Of a DNA stretch of 64,000 nt, positions 1-12,158 are shown piece after piece; position 1 is the first letter of the stretch; each line of letters opens with the position of its first letter. Below the pieces are notes generated by a model that saw nothing but the letters and a program-made list of their open reading frames with translations, did no database searches and was not told where the DNA came from. Both the position numbers and the translations under genes were made by a program. This DNA is from Tubiluchus corallicola (lineage: Eukaryota > Animalia > Priapulida), in NCBI GenBank assembly GCA_030141605.1, contig JAQGDQ010000357.1, positions 124,001 to 188,000 on the forward strand, read 5' to 3'.

Positions 1-978
1 AGAAAAAAAGCTGTTGTCAGTTCGAAAACTTAGCGAAATGTTATCACAAAAACAAAATGGCCGCTAAGTTTATGGAAAAACAACGTAAATTAAGAGAAAT
101 TTCCAGAGAATTAACATTAAGAGGCGATTATGACATTACATTTAAATAAAATTAACAGGATGGATTCCTTGGGTTCAATTACCTTAGAATAGATGTCATA
201 ATCGCCTTTTAAATAATATACTGGGAATTTTTTAAATTTACATTGTTTGCTCAAAAGCTTGGTGGCATTATATTTATGCGATTTTTACCCTTTTCCGCCA
301 TTTTTTCAAGATGACAACAACTTTTTTACATTCAGTATAGTCAAATTGATAAGATTGTCTACGTAGCCAACTTTTAGGAAAAGAAAACGTCTCCAGCGTT
401 CCAGTTTTCTGAAAACCGAACAAGTCCATTATTGAGTTTTGAAATCAAGCTTGGCGAAAAGGCAGGAAATGCAGATAAGTAGCAGCAGATTAGATTTGAA
501 CCAGGAGCCATTTGGCGTGAGTATGACAACAATGTAGCAATTGAAACTGTTGGACTACTTGGCGTGTTTTGGTATACATTGAGCCTGCCGTCATAACAAG
601 TGCTTGTGATGATCATTACAATGGATTTACAAGCCAACGGTCCGGGGTTCAAATCCAGCTTTTTATAATTAAATATTTTACAGTTTTTCAGTCAGGTTCG
701 CAATTAAAATCTAATAGCCGTAAGTTTATTTCATTATTGCTTAGAAATCTTGAAATTAACATTCAAATTAAGCACCGTGGATGAATTCCTACAGTACCAA
801 CTGGGTCGTGTAGAGCAAGTAGTTTCAAAAAAATTAAAAAAGCTGTTGGATAAGAAGAAAAGAACGAAATGAATCAAAAATGAAGTGAAAAATGGAAAGA
901 AAGAAACTGTTCAAGTCAGAGAAAATAAAGAAGTGATTACATAATCAACAGTAAACATTTAACAATGATTCAGGCCAG
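1..978. repeat. Copy 1 of a locally duplicated unit (runs off the window start), abutting a microsatellite
   Basis: 1-978 aligns colinearly with 2277-3232 (e.g. ctgttgtcagttcgaaaacttagcgaaatg; aacatttaacaatgattcaggcc). The copies differ by scattered substitutions and one indel near 690-715. Confidence 0.95.
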
Positions 979-1373
979 GTTGTTGTTGTTGTTCTTGTTC
1001 TTCTTGTTCTTCTTCTTCTTCGTTTTCTTGTTGTTGTTGTTGTTCTTCTTGTTCTTCTTGTTGTTGTTGTTGTTCTTCTTCTTTTTCTTCTTCTTCTTCT
1101 TCTTCTTCTTCTTCTTCTTTTTCTTCTTGTTCTTATTCTTCTTGTTCTTCTTCTTCTTGTTGCTCTTCTTCTTGTTGTTCTTCTTCTTGTTGTTCTTCTT
1201 CTTCTTGTTCTTCTTCTTGTTGTTGTTGTTGTTCTTGTTGATGTTGTTGTTGTTGTTGTTGTTGTTCTTCTTCTTCTTCCTGTTCTTCTTCTTGTTCTTC
1301 TTCTTGTTCTTCTTGTTCTTCTTGTTCTTCTTCTTCCTGTTCTTCTTCTTCTTCTTCTTGTTCTTCTTGTTGT

Positions 1374-1408
<35 letters not shown>

Positions 1409-1420
1409 TTGTTGTTCTTC

Positions 1421-1464
<44 letters not shown>

Positions 1465-1778
1465 CTTCTTCTTCTTCTTCTTCTTCTTCTTCTTCTTCTT
1501 CTTCTTCTTCTTCCTCCTCGTTCTTCTTCTTGTTCTTCTTCTTGTTGTTCTTCTTCTTCTTGTTCTTCTTGTACTTCTTGTTGTTCTTCTTCTCGTTGTT
1601 GTTGTTCTTCTTCTTGTTCTTGTTCTTGTTCTTGTTCTTGTTGTTGTTCTTGTTCTTGTTCTTGTTCTTGTTCTTGTTCTTGTTCTTGTTCTTGTTCTTG
1701 TTCTTGTTCTTGTTCTTCTTGTTCTTCTTCTTGTTCTTCTTCTTCTTGTTCTTGCTGTTGTTGTTGTTCTTCTTCTTC

Positions 1779-1843
<65 letters not shown>

Positions 1844-3389
1844 CTTCTTCTTCTTCTTCTTCTTCTTCTTCTTCTTCTTCTTCTTGTTCTTCTTCCTGTG
1901 CTTGTTCTTCTTGTTCTTGTTCTTCTTGTTCTTGTTCTTCTTCTTGTTCTTCTTGTTGTTCTTCTTGTTGAACATGAACATGGCCGTGTGGTCGTCTGTG
2001 GTGCGTGACCGCTGCTCCAATCGCCATGCCAGCAACAACACCGGCCATTGGTCTTGGAGGCTGTTCACAAAAATAGAACTGCAATAATGAGTTGCAAAAT
2101 TCACAAAGAGAATTTCAGTTGAGAAACTAAAACAGTGCATAAAGAAATCAAAGACATAAAGAAATCACAGACATCAATTGAAAACATATACTGAAGTTAG
2201 TCTAAAGACCAAAATCCTGAAAATATCTGAACAACATTCTATCAAGCCTGTCTCATCAATTTAACTATACAGAATCAGAAAAAAACTGTTGTCAGTTCGA
2301 AAACTTAGCGAAATGTTACCACAAAAACAAAATGGCCGCTAAGTTTTTAGAAAAACAACGTAAATTAAGAGAAATTTCCAGAGAATTAACATTAAGAGGC
2401 GATTATGACATTACCTTTAAAATAAAATTAACAGAAATGGATTCCTTGTGTTCAATTACCTTAGAATAGATGTCATAATCGCCTTTTAAATAATTTCCTG
2501 GGATTTTTTTTAAATTTACATTGTTTGCTCAAAAGCTTGGTGGCATTATATTTATGCGATTTTTACCCTTTTCCGCCATCTTTTCAAGATGACAACAACT
2601 TTTTTACATTCAGTATAGTCAAATTGATAAGATTGCCTACGTAGCCAACTTTTAGGAAAAAAACGCCTCCAGCGTTCCAGTTTTCTGAAAACCGAACAAG
2701 TCCATTATTGAGTTTTGAAATCAAGCTTGGCGAAAAGGTAGGAAATGCAGATAAGTAGCAGCAGATTAGATTTGAACCAGGAGCCATCTGGCGTGAGTAT
2801 GACAACATTGTAGCAATTGAAGCTATTGGACTACTTGGCGAGCTTTGGTATACATTGAGCCTGCCGTCATAACCAGTGCTTGTGATGATCATTACAATGG
2901 ATTTACAAGCCAAAGGTCCAGGGTTCAAATCCAGGTTTTTATAATTAAATATTTTACAGTTTTTCTTATAGTCGTAAGTTTATTTCATTATTGCTTAGAA
3001 ATCTTGAAGTTAACATTCAAATTAAACACCGTGGATGAATTCCTTATAGTACCAACTGGCTCTGTAGAGCATGTAGTTTCAAAAAAATTAAAAAAGGCTG
3101 TTGGATAAGAAGAAAAGAACAAAATGAATAAAAAAGGAAGTGAAAAATGGAAAGAAAGAAACTGTTCAAGTCAGAGAAAATACAGAAGTGACTATATAAT
3201 CAACAGTAAACATTTAACAATGATTCAGGCCTGGTTGTTGTTGTTGTTCTTGTTCTTCTTGTTGTTCTTGTTCTTGTTGTTCTTCTTCTTGTTCTTGTTG
3301 TTGTTGTTGTTGTTCTTCTTCTTCTTGTTGTTGTTGTTGTTGTTCTCCTTCTTGTTCTCCTTCTTCTCCTTCTCCTTCTCCTTCTCCTC

Positions 3390-3421
<32 letters not shown>

Positions 3422-3646
3422 GGTCGTGGTCGTGGTCGTGGTGGTGTTGGTGTTGGTGTTGGTGTTGGTGGTGGTGGTGTTGGTGGTGGTGGTGATGGTG
3501 TTGGTGGTGGTGGTGGTGGTGGTGGTGATGGTGGTGGTTGGGGTATGGTGGTGGTGGTGGTGGTTGTGGTGGTGGTTGTTGTTGTTGTTTTTATTATTAT
3601 TATTATTATTATTGTTGTTGTTGTTGTTGTTGTTGTTATTATTATT

Positions 3647-3720
<74 letters not shown>

Positions 3721-6700
3721 AGTTGTTGTTGTTGTTGTTGTTGTTGTTATAGATTATAGAATACAAGGTATAGATTACGAACAATAAATATTAATATTAT
3801 TCAGCAAATTGATACAATTATAAAATTGAAGCGACCTACCGGTGGAGCTTTTTGCACAACTACCGTAGTTGGCGGCGGTGGTTTCTGCACAACGACTGTC
3901 GCACCACCTGTCGGCTGAGGGGGAGGGGGTACGTAAGTAGTGGTCGTGTACGTCCCTGGGGGTGGTTGGGGTGGATAACCCGGCTGCTGTGGTGGGTATT
4001 GGTATCCTAAAAACAGTAATAATCACGTGTCATGCACGAAACAGACTCACTAGGTTAAGTTTGCATATGTATACAATTACAAATATTCATGACCACCTTA
4101 CCTTACCTATTTTACTTTACCTCACATCATCTCGATCTTATCCCCTCACTTCACTTTGCTTACTTCACTTCACTCTACTCTACTCTACTCTACTCTATTC
4201 TACTCTACTCTACTCTACTCTACTCTACTCTACTCTACTCTACTCTACTCTACTCTACTCTACTCTACTCTATTCTACTCTACTCTACTCTACTCTACTC
4301 TACTCTACTCTACTCTACTCTACTCTACTCTACTCTACTCTACTCTACTCTACTCTACTCTACTCTACTCTACTCTACTCTACTCTACTCTACTCTACTC
4401 TGCTTTTCTTTTCTTTACTTTACTTTACGTTACGTTACATTACGTTAGTTAACTTTACTTTACTTTACATTACGTTACATTACTTTACTTTGCACTTAAC
4501 TTCTTACTCTCTTTCGTTGTTTGACTTACAACTCTTTGACTTGTTTGACTTTTTTCTCACTTCACTTTAACCCTACTATACTTCAAGTAAGGCAAAAATG
4601 TTTTGCTTTGCCTCGTTTTAACTTGCTTTGGTTTGCTTTTCTTTGTCTTACTTTATTTTACCTCACCAAGCCTTATTTAATTCTTGTGGCCTACTGCTTC
4701 ATGGGGGTGGTAGTGCTATAAACAGGAGACGATAACGATTGGCGCTTTTATCAGTAAGAATTACGACTTTCCTTCCTGGCTTGAGTTTATGCTAATAAAT
4801 TATATTCCAAATTAACAAAAAATTTTTGAAAGTAAGAGAATCTGTTTAGAAACAAAATTAAGAATCTTTGCTGCACTTGTGGAAACTGTGTTTCTCTGCA
4901 ACTCAGAATTGTGGACAATCATAGCACATCACAAATCAGAAATTGATGCATTTCAAAGAAGAAACTATAGGAACATTCTAGGAATAAGATGGCAAAGAAA
5001 ATATCAAAACAGGATCTGTATAATGAAGTCAAGGTAGAGGAATGAACAGTAATCAAAAGGAGAAGATTAAAATGGATAGGGCATGCTATACGACTACTAG
5101 ATGACAGCCCATTAAAACTAGGCTTCAATGAAGTATTGCTGAAAGAAAAGAAACCACAAGGAGGACAACTGCAGACTTACATCAATTTCATCTAAAAATA
5201 TTTTATCAACACACCACTTGATATCAAAAATACAGAAGCATGGGAGGTTGCGGCTGACAGGGCAGCGTGGTTTGAAGTGATAGCAAGGGTTATGTCACAA
5301 GACTCCAGAGATGATTTATGCTAATATAATTTTGCAAAAAAGGTCTCTTCAGATAGATCATACCACAATTTTCTGGGCCAGCTCCATGCAGCATTTTTTA
5401 TCGTATACTGTACAGCCAGATAACTAATCATACAATATCTACTACCTTCTGGCTATCGTACTTAGTATTCTTCGGCGGTACTATTCCATCCGATGGAGGA
5501 TTCACAACCTAGAGCCCTGTCGTATGACCACTTATTCTATCAGAAATTTCATCCCCACTTATCATAAAACCGAAAACCTATTTATATATACACTTACTTT
5601 CCTCAAACATTTTGTGGTACGTTACTGCTTAGCATTGTTTGCTACATATATTTGGAACTTTATTCACGTGACGACATCTCTTAGTTACACAAAGTTACCA
5701 CACTTAGTAAAAGTAAAACTAAAAGTTCAGTAATGAAAGTTCCATTTACTAAAGAAGAAGTAAAGCATGTGGCAAAATCATTGAAAAACAACAAAAGCCC
5801 GGGCGCTGATGAATTAAATGCTGAGTTAGTAAAGTATTGATCAGATAATTTATATGCAGAAATCGCTGAAATTCTAAACAATATTTCAAAAACAGGCACA
5901 TTTCCTCAGGATATTCAAAAAGGAATACTTATCCCTTTACCCAAGCCAGGTAAGAAACGAGGTCCTATTGAAAATCGTAGACCTTTGATGTTTCTTACAC
6001 TAATAAGGAAGATTTTGGCTATCTGTATGTTGACTAGGATCTATGACAGGTTACACACATTCCAACAAGCCAAGCAGCATATCGACCAGGACGGAATACT
6101 ACTGAATTTGTGCAAGCCAGTAAATTACTAGCCGAAAAAGCTCTCTTCTGCTGATTACTTAATATATATTCTCATGATCTATATGTCAAAGGCCTTTGAT
6201 TGTGTTCGGAGAAAGACTCTGCTATGCTGTCTGGAAGAAATCCTTGAACCTGATGAAATATACATCATAAGTGTAATGTTAGAAAATTTATTAATTTAAG
6301 CCAGGTGTGAAGGGTAATTGAGTCAGCCGTTTTCTACGAACAAAGGAGTACCTCAGGGTGACTGCCTAAGCCCTGTACTTTTTACTTTATATCTTGCCAT
6401 AGCTTTCACTGAGGACAAAGTTATACCATTGACAGACCTAGAAGATCACAACTACACAATTCTTGATCCTGAATTAATACCGAATGAAGTAAGACAAGAA
6501 CACAGTTACAGCTCTCTACAAAGTAAGTCAACTACTATATCTATGCAGTATGCTGATGATGTGGCATGGATTACAAGAAACAAAGAAGAAGTAGATGAAA
6601 TAAAAAACTCAATAGAGGAGAAACCGAACAGAATGGATCTCATTGTAAACAAAAATAAAACTGAAGAGTTTCACATAACACGCCATGGTGATGAATCATG

Positions 6701-8171
6701 GCAAAGATGCAAGTATCTCGGTAGTCTGCTGGCAACAGAAGACGACATATCAAGACGGAAGATAATGGCATTATCAGCTTACTCAAAACTCACAAAAGTT
6801 TTTGAGAATAGGAAGATTTCTTTGGAAACAAAAATTAGAATATTCTCAGCCATAGTTGAAACTGTATTTCTGTATAACTCTGAGCTCTGGACATTAAAAG
6901 CACATCATAAGCTGAAATCAATGCGTTTCAAAGGCGAAATTACAGAAACATTTTGGGTATTAGATGGCCAAAGAAAATTTCAAACAGAGATCTATATGAA
7001 GAAATAAAAGAAGAACATTGGACAAGAAAAATAAAAAGACGCCGTTTAAGGTGGATTGGGCATATCATTAGACTACCTGATGATATTCCAGTGAAGATAG
7101 CTCTTCAACAAGCCATAGAACCAGCTAAAAAACCTGCAGGAGGACAAATGTTAACATATTTAGATTTTGCACAGAAAGATTTAAACACTTCAGCATTGAT
7201 GAATAAATGCACTTGGGGCATTGCGGCAAACAGGGAGTCCTGGCATAGGGAGGTGAGCAGAATCATGTCACTGGACGTGTGATTCATTGGATGATGATGA
7301 TCTCTTAGTTACGATAAATATATTCATTTTCGTTTCCCGAACAGTTAGTGGTGCATTAAAATTGCTTACAATTGTCTGCTATGTACTTTGAAATTTAATT
7401 CAAGTGGCGACATCTCTGAGTTTAAATTTCATTTCTATCCATATTGTTAAGGCGTTCTGTTAATTCCTGACGTAATTTGTTTTTATGGCATAATAGGCAA
7501 GGCTCGGTCTGTCGATCGCGTGATTACGAGTTCATCTCTCGTAAGCGTCGTTTTTCATGAATGTATTATCATTGCATAATGTATTATCCTGAAATGCCAC
7601 ACATGTTGATTGTGTTTTCAGCTGATTAGTATAAATACAGCGAAGAAATTCAAAACAAAGGAGATCAACTGAATGAATCTGTAATTAGATTTCCGATCAA
7701 TCAACATTACATTAGTTAACATTAAATTTTATCGTTTTCGTAAGAAAAGTTATTCCAAAGAATCAGAAAATTATTAAAAACGGGGTACGCAACGGGAAAC
7801 AAAAACAAAATGTAGAATACAAAGAAATAGTGGCAGAATTGGCATTGATTAGATGATTCTTTAGTTAGAATTGAAGCATTTTTGGGGATTTGGAAGCCAA
7901 CTTTGAATAATTTTTTATTAGCTCACTATTAAAAATACAATTGCTAGTTAACTATGTATTTAAGTTCGGTCAAAGTTTAATTAGCCAAAAGCAACAAAGG
8001 TAGCAACACTTCTAAGCTTCGCGACGAAAGGTCGACCCGATGAGTAGTCGTGTCGACCGAGTGAGAAACACGATCGACTGAGCAATGGTCAATCGATGTG
8101 GTCAACTAAAAAACTTGGAAATGATGTTATCATCACCATCACCAAATATTACCATCACTACCATCATTACG

Positions 8172-8212
<41 letters not shown>

Positions 8213-10765
8213 GACCTAAAATCGCCACAGTAATTTGTAATTTGCATTGATGGCCGTTTCTTTTATATTTCCGACTAATAATGGGGGCAGCGACAGCAGT
8301 AGCGGCAACGGTAGTAGCAATGGCAACGGTTAGGTTAGTGATAAATGATACTGCGTTACTGCGTTGTTGTGAGTTTACATTAGACCAGGTGAAGTGACTG
8401 AAAATAAATTTACGCTTGTGTCAATCAGTGTTATCAAAGCGTTATGCGGCATGGGGTTGAAGTTTAAATTTTACTAAACTTTAAGATCTTTGAAAGATAA
8501 ATTAGCTAAAATATACCCCACTGAGTTTACAAACCTGGATACGGCTGCTGTGGTGGATAGCCCGTTTGTTGTGGGGGATAACCTAAAAATGGAAGAAATA
8601 AACAATTAAAACATTGTCACCCATGGGTGACATTGTTGGTGATTATAACACATCAAGCTTACAACTAAAACTAACACATATAAATTAAAAGGAAAACATA
8701 CCTGGATATGGTTGTTGAGGATAATAGTTTGGTGCTGAAAAAACAAAAATATTGGCGTTAAAAATATAAGTAAATATCAAAAAAGCACGTGTAGTAGAAA
8801 GAAGAGGATAGGGCACCGAAAATAGTGATTTACACGTGATTACACGAGATATGAATAAAGATCCGTAAGAACATAACAGAAAGAACTAAAACATTCCAAG
8901 GTGAAAACATACCCCACCCTCCCCTTTCACTACATTAAATCATGCATGCTCATTTGGAAAAGTACCTGGTTGATATCCTGGATATGAAGCAACAGGTTGT
9001 CCTACTCCAGTCTCTACCTGTGTTGGAGCTCCTTGAGCTACAGCTTGAACGGCAACTTGATCGGGTGGAGTTGCCGTGGAGGAGGGTTGACCCTGAGCGG
9101 GAGGAGCAGGCGGTTGTGGATAATACTGAGGAGACGAGTAGTACTGCTGGGGCGGTGGAGCGCCGGTTTCGGTTGGAGCAAAAGCAGGTTGGGAGTACTG
9201 GGTGGGTGGTGCCGTAGGTGGTGGGGCATAAGTTGCGCTAGGGGCAGCAGGTGGTTGGGAGTAGTACTGGGTGGCTGGCGCTGTAGCTAGAGGAGCTGAC
9301 GGTTGTTGCGATGTGGCTGTAGTCGTAGCGACAGCTGTCTCTTCTTGACTAGGTGATGCCGGTCTCTCTACTTGTGTTGCTGTGGACAATAAGTCATGGC
9401 ACACACAAAAAACAACAATGGATAATTGATTGGTGATGGAGTAAACGAATAAGCCTTTTCACAGTTTCGTTATGCGCATGCGCAGTTCCTGTAGGTCAAA
9501 GTCCTAACTACAACCGTCACGTGACAGGTGGGTAAAGCAAAAACCCGTCTACTGCATCAGTTCAGTAACGCCGGCTGCTTTACGTGGACTTTACTTAAAT
9601 ATGCATTAGTCTGTGCATAGAGTAATTTACTAGCAGGATCACAAGAAAAAAAGTTAACTACTTAAGGCTTTAGCTAACTAGCTGTTACTATTACAATAGC
9701 AAGGGCTGCAAAGCGATGTCAAGTATACACAAATGCGTTGTCTGGTACACTTAACCTTTGACCTTTTCGCGATCACCATCAATCGCTGGAACTGTGAAAA
9801 GGCTTATTCTTAAAATAAAAACAACAGTCATCACCCGCTTAAGCAAAGACATGGCTTTTATTCAAGCACAACGTCTGCAACATTTTGACACAGTTAAGGT
9901 GGGATGTTTATTTAGGTGGATTGTTGCATGAACATGGCATTAACTGTGTCGAAACGTTGCAGACGTTGTGCTTGAATAAAAGCCATGTCTTTTTAGTGGG
10001 TGCTGGCTGTTATTTTTATTTTAACAATGGGGATAATGCGATAACTGTTGGCAAAGCTAACTGAGTAGAAAGCTCTAATTGCGGTCACCAGGTAAAGCAC
10101 ATGTGTTACTGTCTGCTGTTTAGTAAATAGATATTGACCACGAAGTCATTCACCACGATTTTTATTATATATTTTTCTTTAAAGAAAAATAACACGTTCA
10201 ATTCAATTCAATTCAATTAAAATTTTTATTTCAGCAACTAAGACCATTATAAAATGCAAATATAGTACTAAAATGAAATAAAATACAATGAAATAAAAAT
10301 AGTACCATATTTATTACTATATATATATAAAACAAGATTGTAACAGTTCGAACAAACAGACGAGTATTTCAGGATTTCATTACGTTCATAATACCGCTGA
10401 CATATCATAATAGGCCCTATTTATAATTCGTATATATGTGATATATAATAATATATCTTTGAGTTGCAATATATATATATACATATTTACTTCCTGGTGT
10501 TAACTATTCTACTTAATAGCTTTTATCATAAGAGGTCATTAATAATTTTATTATATTATAGTAACACACATGATGTTAAACTTCAGATCGTCTACATCAC
10601 AAATGTACAACACAAATGTTGTAAAGCGTGTTGCGCCTTCAGGTGACAACATAAATAAACCTTGGAGATTGATACGCCTTTAAATTTCAGTTTTCGTTTT
10701 ACTCGACTAATTAATATAAAAAAGTGTGAAAATTACTTACGTGGATATTGATTTGGATCTGCCAT
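945..10765 (-). CDS. Spliced Pro/Gln/Tyr-rich protein of unknown family
   Basis: Phase-consistent GT-AG exons: 10765-10741 (MADPNQYP), 9379-8966 (TQVERPASPSQEE...YPGYQP), 8734-8702 (APNYYPQQPYP), 8582-8535 (GYPPQQTGYPPQQPYP), 4006-3840 (GYQYPPQQPGYPP...TVVVQKAPP), 2060->1971 (PPRPMAGVVAGMAIGAAVTHHRRPHGHVHV). The frame stays open through the microsatellite to a stop at 945. Probable 5'UTR exon with a GTAAGT donor at 11363. The true 3' end is uncertain. Confidence 0.8.
979..1970. repeat. Compound (GTT/CTT)n trinucleotide microsatellite, about 1 kb
   Basis: Directly visible mixture of gtt and ctt triplets. Confidence 0.98.
2235..2640. mobile_element. Imperfect palindromic non-autonomous DNA element (MITE/fold-back); second copy at <1-360
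   Basis: Nested inverted pairs centred near 2435: tctcatcaatttaactatacagaat / attcagtatagtcaaattgataaga, aaaaactgttgtca / tgacaacaactttttt, aggcgattatgacat / atgtcataatcgcct. Confidence 0.65.
2277..3232. repeat. Copy 2 of the locally duplicated unit, in the last visible intron of the Pro-rich gene
   Basis: Colinear with 1-978 and followed by the same type of microsatellite. Confidence 0.95.
3233..3749. repeat. Compound microsatellite (GTT/CTT -> CTC -> GTC -> GGT -> ATT -> GTT)
   Basis: Directly visible run of successive trinucleotide motifs. Confidence 0.97.
4172..4401. repeat. (TACTC)n pentanucleotide microsatellite with degenerate (TTTAC)n flanks
   Basis: Directly visible. Confidence 0.98.
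4800..5320 (+). mobile_element. Decayed 3' fragment of an RTE-clade LINE
   Basis: Translates as KLTKIFESKRICLETKLRIFAALVETVFLCNSELWT...IDAFQRRNYRNILGIRW with later frameshifts and stops. Paralogous to 6780-7280. Confidence 0.85.
5725..7301 (+). mobile_element. 5'-truncated, disrupted RTE-clade LINE (reverse transcriptase and C-terminal region)
   Basis: Motifs KNNKSPGADELNAE, MSKAFD, GVPQGDCLSP, QYADD, KYLGS and RRRLRWIGHIIR, with several stops and frameshifts. Ends in a short (GAT)n tail at about 7290-7301. Confidence 0.92.
7485..7545 (+). pseudogene. Possible tRNA-derived (SINE head) relic
   Basis: A-box-like TGGCATAATAGG and a T-arm-like hairpin ACGAG-TTCATCT-CTCGT. No complete cloverleaf. 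Confidence 0.3.
8130..8212. repeat. (ATC)n microsatellite
   Basis: Directly visible. Confidence 0.9.
9447..9809. mobile_element. MITE with 20-bp perfect terminal inverted repeats
   Basis: gaataagccttttcacagtt (9447-9466) is the exact reverse complement of aactgtgaaaaggcttattc (9790-9809). The interior is non-coding. Confidence 0.8.
9811..10023. mobile_element. Fold-back element, probably inverted Penelope-like pLTR fragments
   Basis: Arms 9811-9897 and 9939-10023 are near-perfect inverted copies. The right arm has a hammerhead-like core followed by AATAAA. Related copy at 41858-42208. Confidence 0.6.
10196..10660 (-). mobile_element. Probable 3' end remnant of a non-LTR retroelement
   Basis: On the minus strand, AATAAA is followed by a (TTGAA)n tail at 10196-10230, the same style as the LINE tail at 25341. 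The 5' boundary is approximate. Confidence 0.4.
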
Positions 10766-12158
10766 TGTGTTCAACTGTGACTGACTAAACTATATATGTC
10801 TTCTTTACGCTAAAACTGGTAGAAAAAAAGGGAAGAAAATTAATTAGCTTCAAAAACTATTGCTAAAATTCAATTGAGATGTAGACTGCAAAAGTTTAAG
10901 GAAAATGTCGACCAACTGCATTAAACAGAATTTTGGCGACTAAGACATCTGCCATCTTAGGATAAGTAAGTAAATAAGTGAGGAAAAATGACGCCAGTTT
11001 CTACAGTTTGCCCAAACTTTTTTTAGTAGATCTACATCTATCTATACTTAACTTTTACGATAATGAGCAAGATTGACGTCTAAAACTTATCTCATTTTAA
11101 GCAAACGGTTTCTCTATACAGAAGAACGGTAACTTCTAATAATAATCTCTAAAACAGATTTATATCCAGTGAACGGTTTTTCTACACAGAAGAAAAATTA
11201 TATCACCTATATACAGTGACATAAAAACAGCTACACGTAACAAAATGAAAATACATTTAATGATCGGTCTAATTACATAAGATCATTATTTACGTTTCAG
11301 AATTTTACAGAAAATATTCAAAACAGCAATTTAAATTTGATTGCGGTAAATTTTTCTACTTACGCAATATAAAAGGAACGCCCTTCCGATTTTCCTTTCT
11401 GTAACACCTTTAAGATTATTAAAATTACGATAATGGCGTCGTGGTTTTGGTGATGTGTTACTGAAACAAGCTCACGTAATCAAAGCGAATGGATCAAAGT
11501 CCAAAGCCTTGCTCACATGGATATGAGTTTTTGTCTCGCAAAGCATTAACAAGACGCTTCCTGGTGTCCTGTAGAGTAGTAACAGCACAACGATGAACTA
11601 TATCGTGGAATTACATTTGATATTTCCGGTTTTATGTGGGAAATTTCCTGGGAAATGAGTTTAAGAAGCTTGTGACATATACATAGTGATTATATATATA
11701 TATATAAATCACACTGATAAATCACATTACTGATTATGCATATATTACTGAGTACAGAAAATGCTATTTATTTCAAATTTACTTTAGTACTTTCGTTGTT
11801 TGAATGTGATTTATCAGTGATACAGGGAGACTGTCATAGTAGGTTGACATTTTACTAGGTTGAAATAATGATTGTCGTTATAACTTGTCAAATAAATATT
11901 ATTTATATTCTACTCAAAAATGGACACGTGTGGGCGTCTTGGGAAAGGACTAGTATTCATACTTCTACTTTTATTAAATAAACTATTTTATTTTCTTACT
12001 TCATGTTTTAATAATATATTTTTAATTTTATTCGATTTTATCATAACTATAATGCGAGGACGCAAATAATAATAATAATAATAATAATAACCTTTGTTTA
12101 AAGTCGATTTGAAAATAACAAAACAAAACATAACTACATAACAGAGATTATTATTACC

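Noticed and set aside
585-660. tRNA-like segment (ttacaa loop, GGTTCAAATCC B-box), also at 2863-2936
   Set aside because: No acceptor stem or D-arm and a mismatched T-stem. At most a SINE-head relic, not a tRNA gene.
965-4570. Many long ORFs in the track (poly-L/F, poly-V, poly-N/K, YSTLL repeats)
   Set aside because: Stop-free by construction because they lie in tri- and pentanucleotide microsatellites. Only the frame continuing the 2060 exon has independent support.
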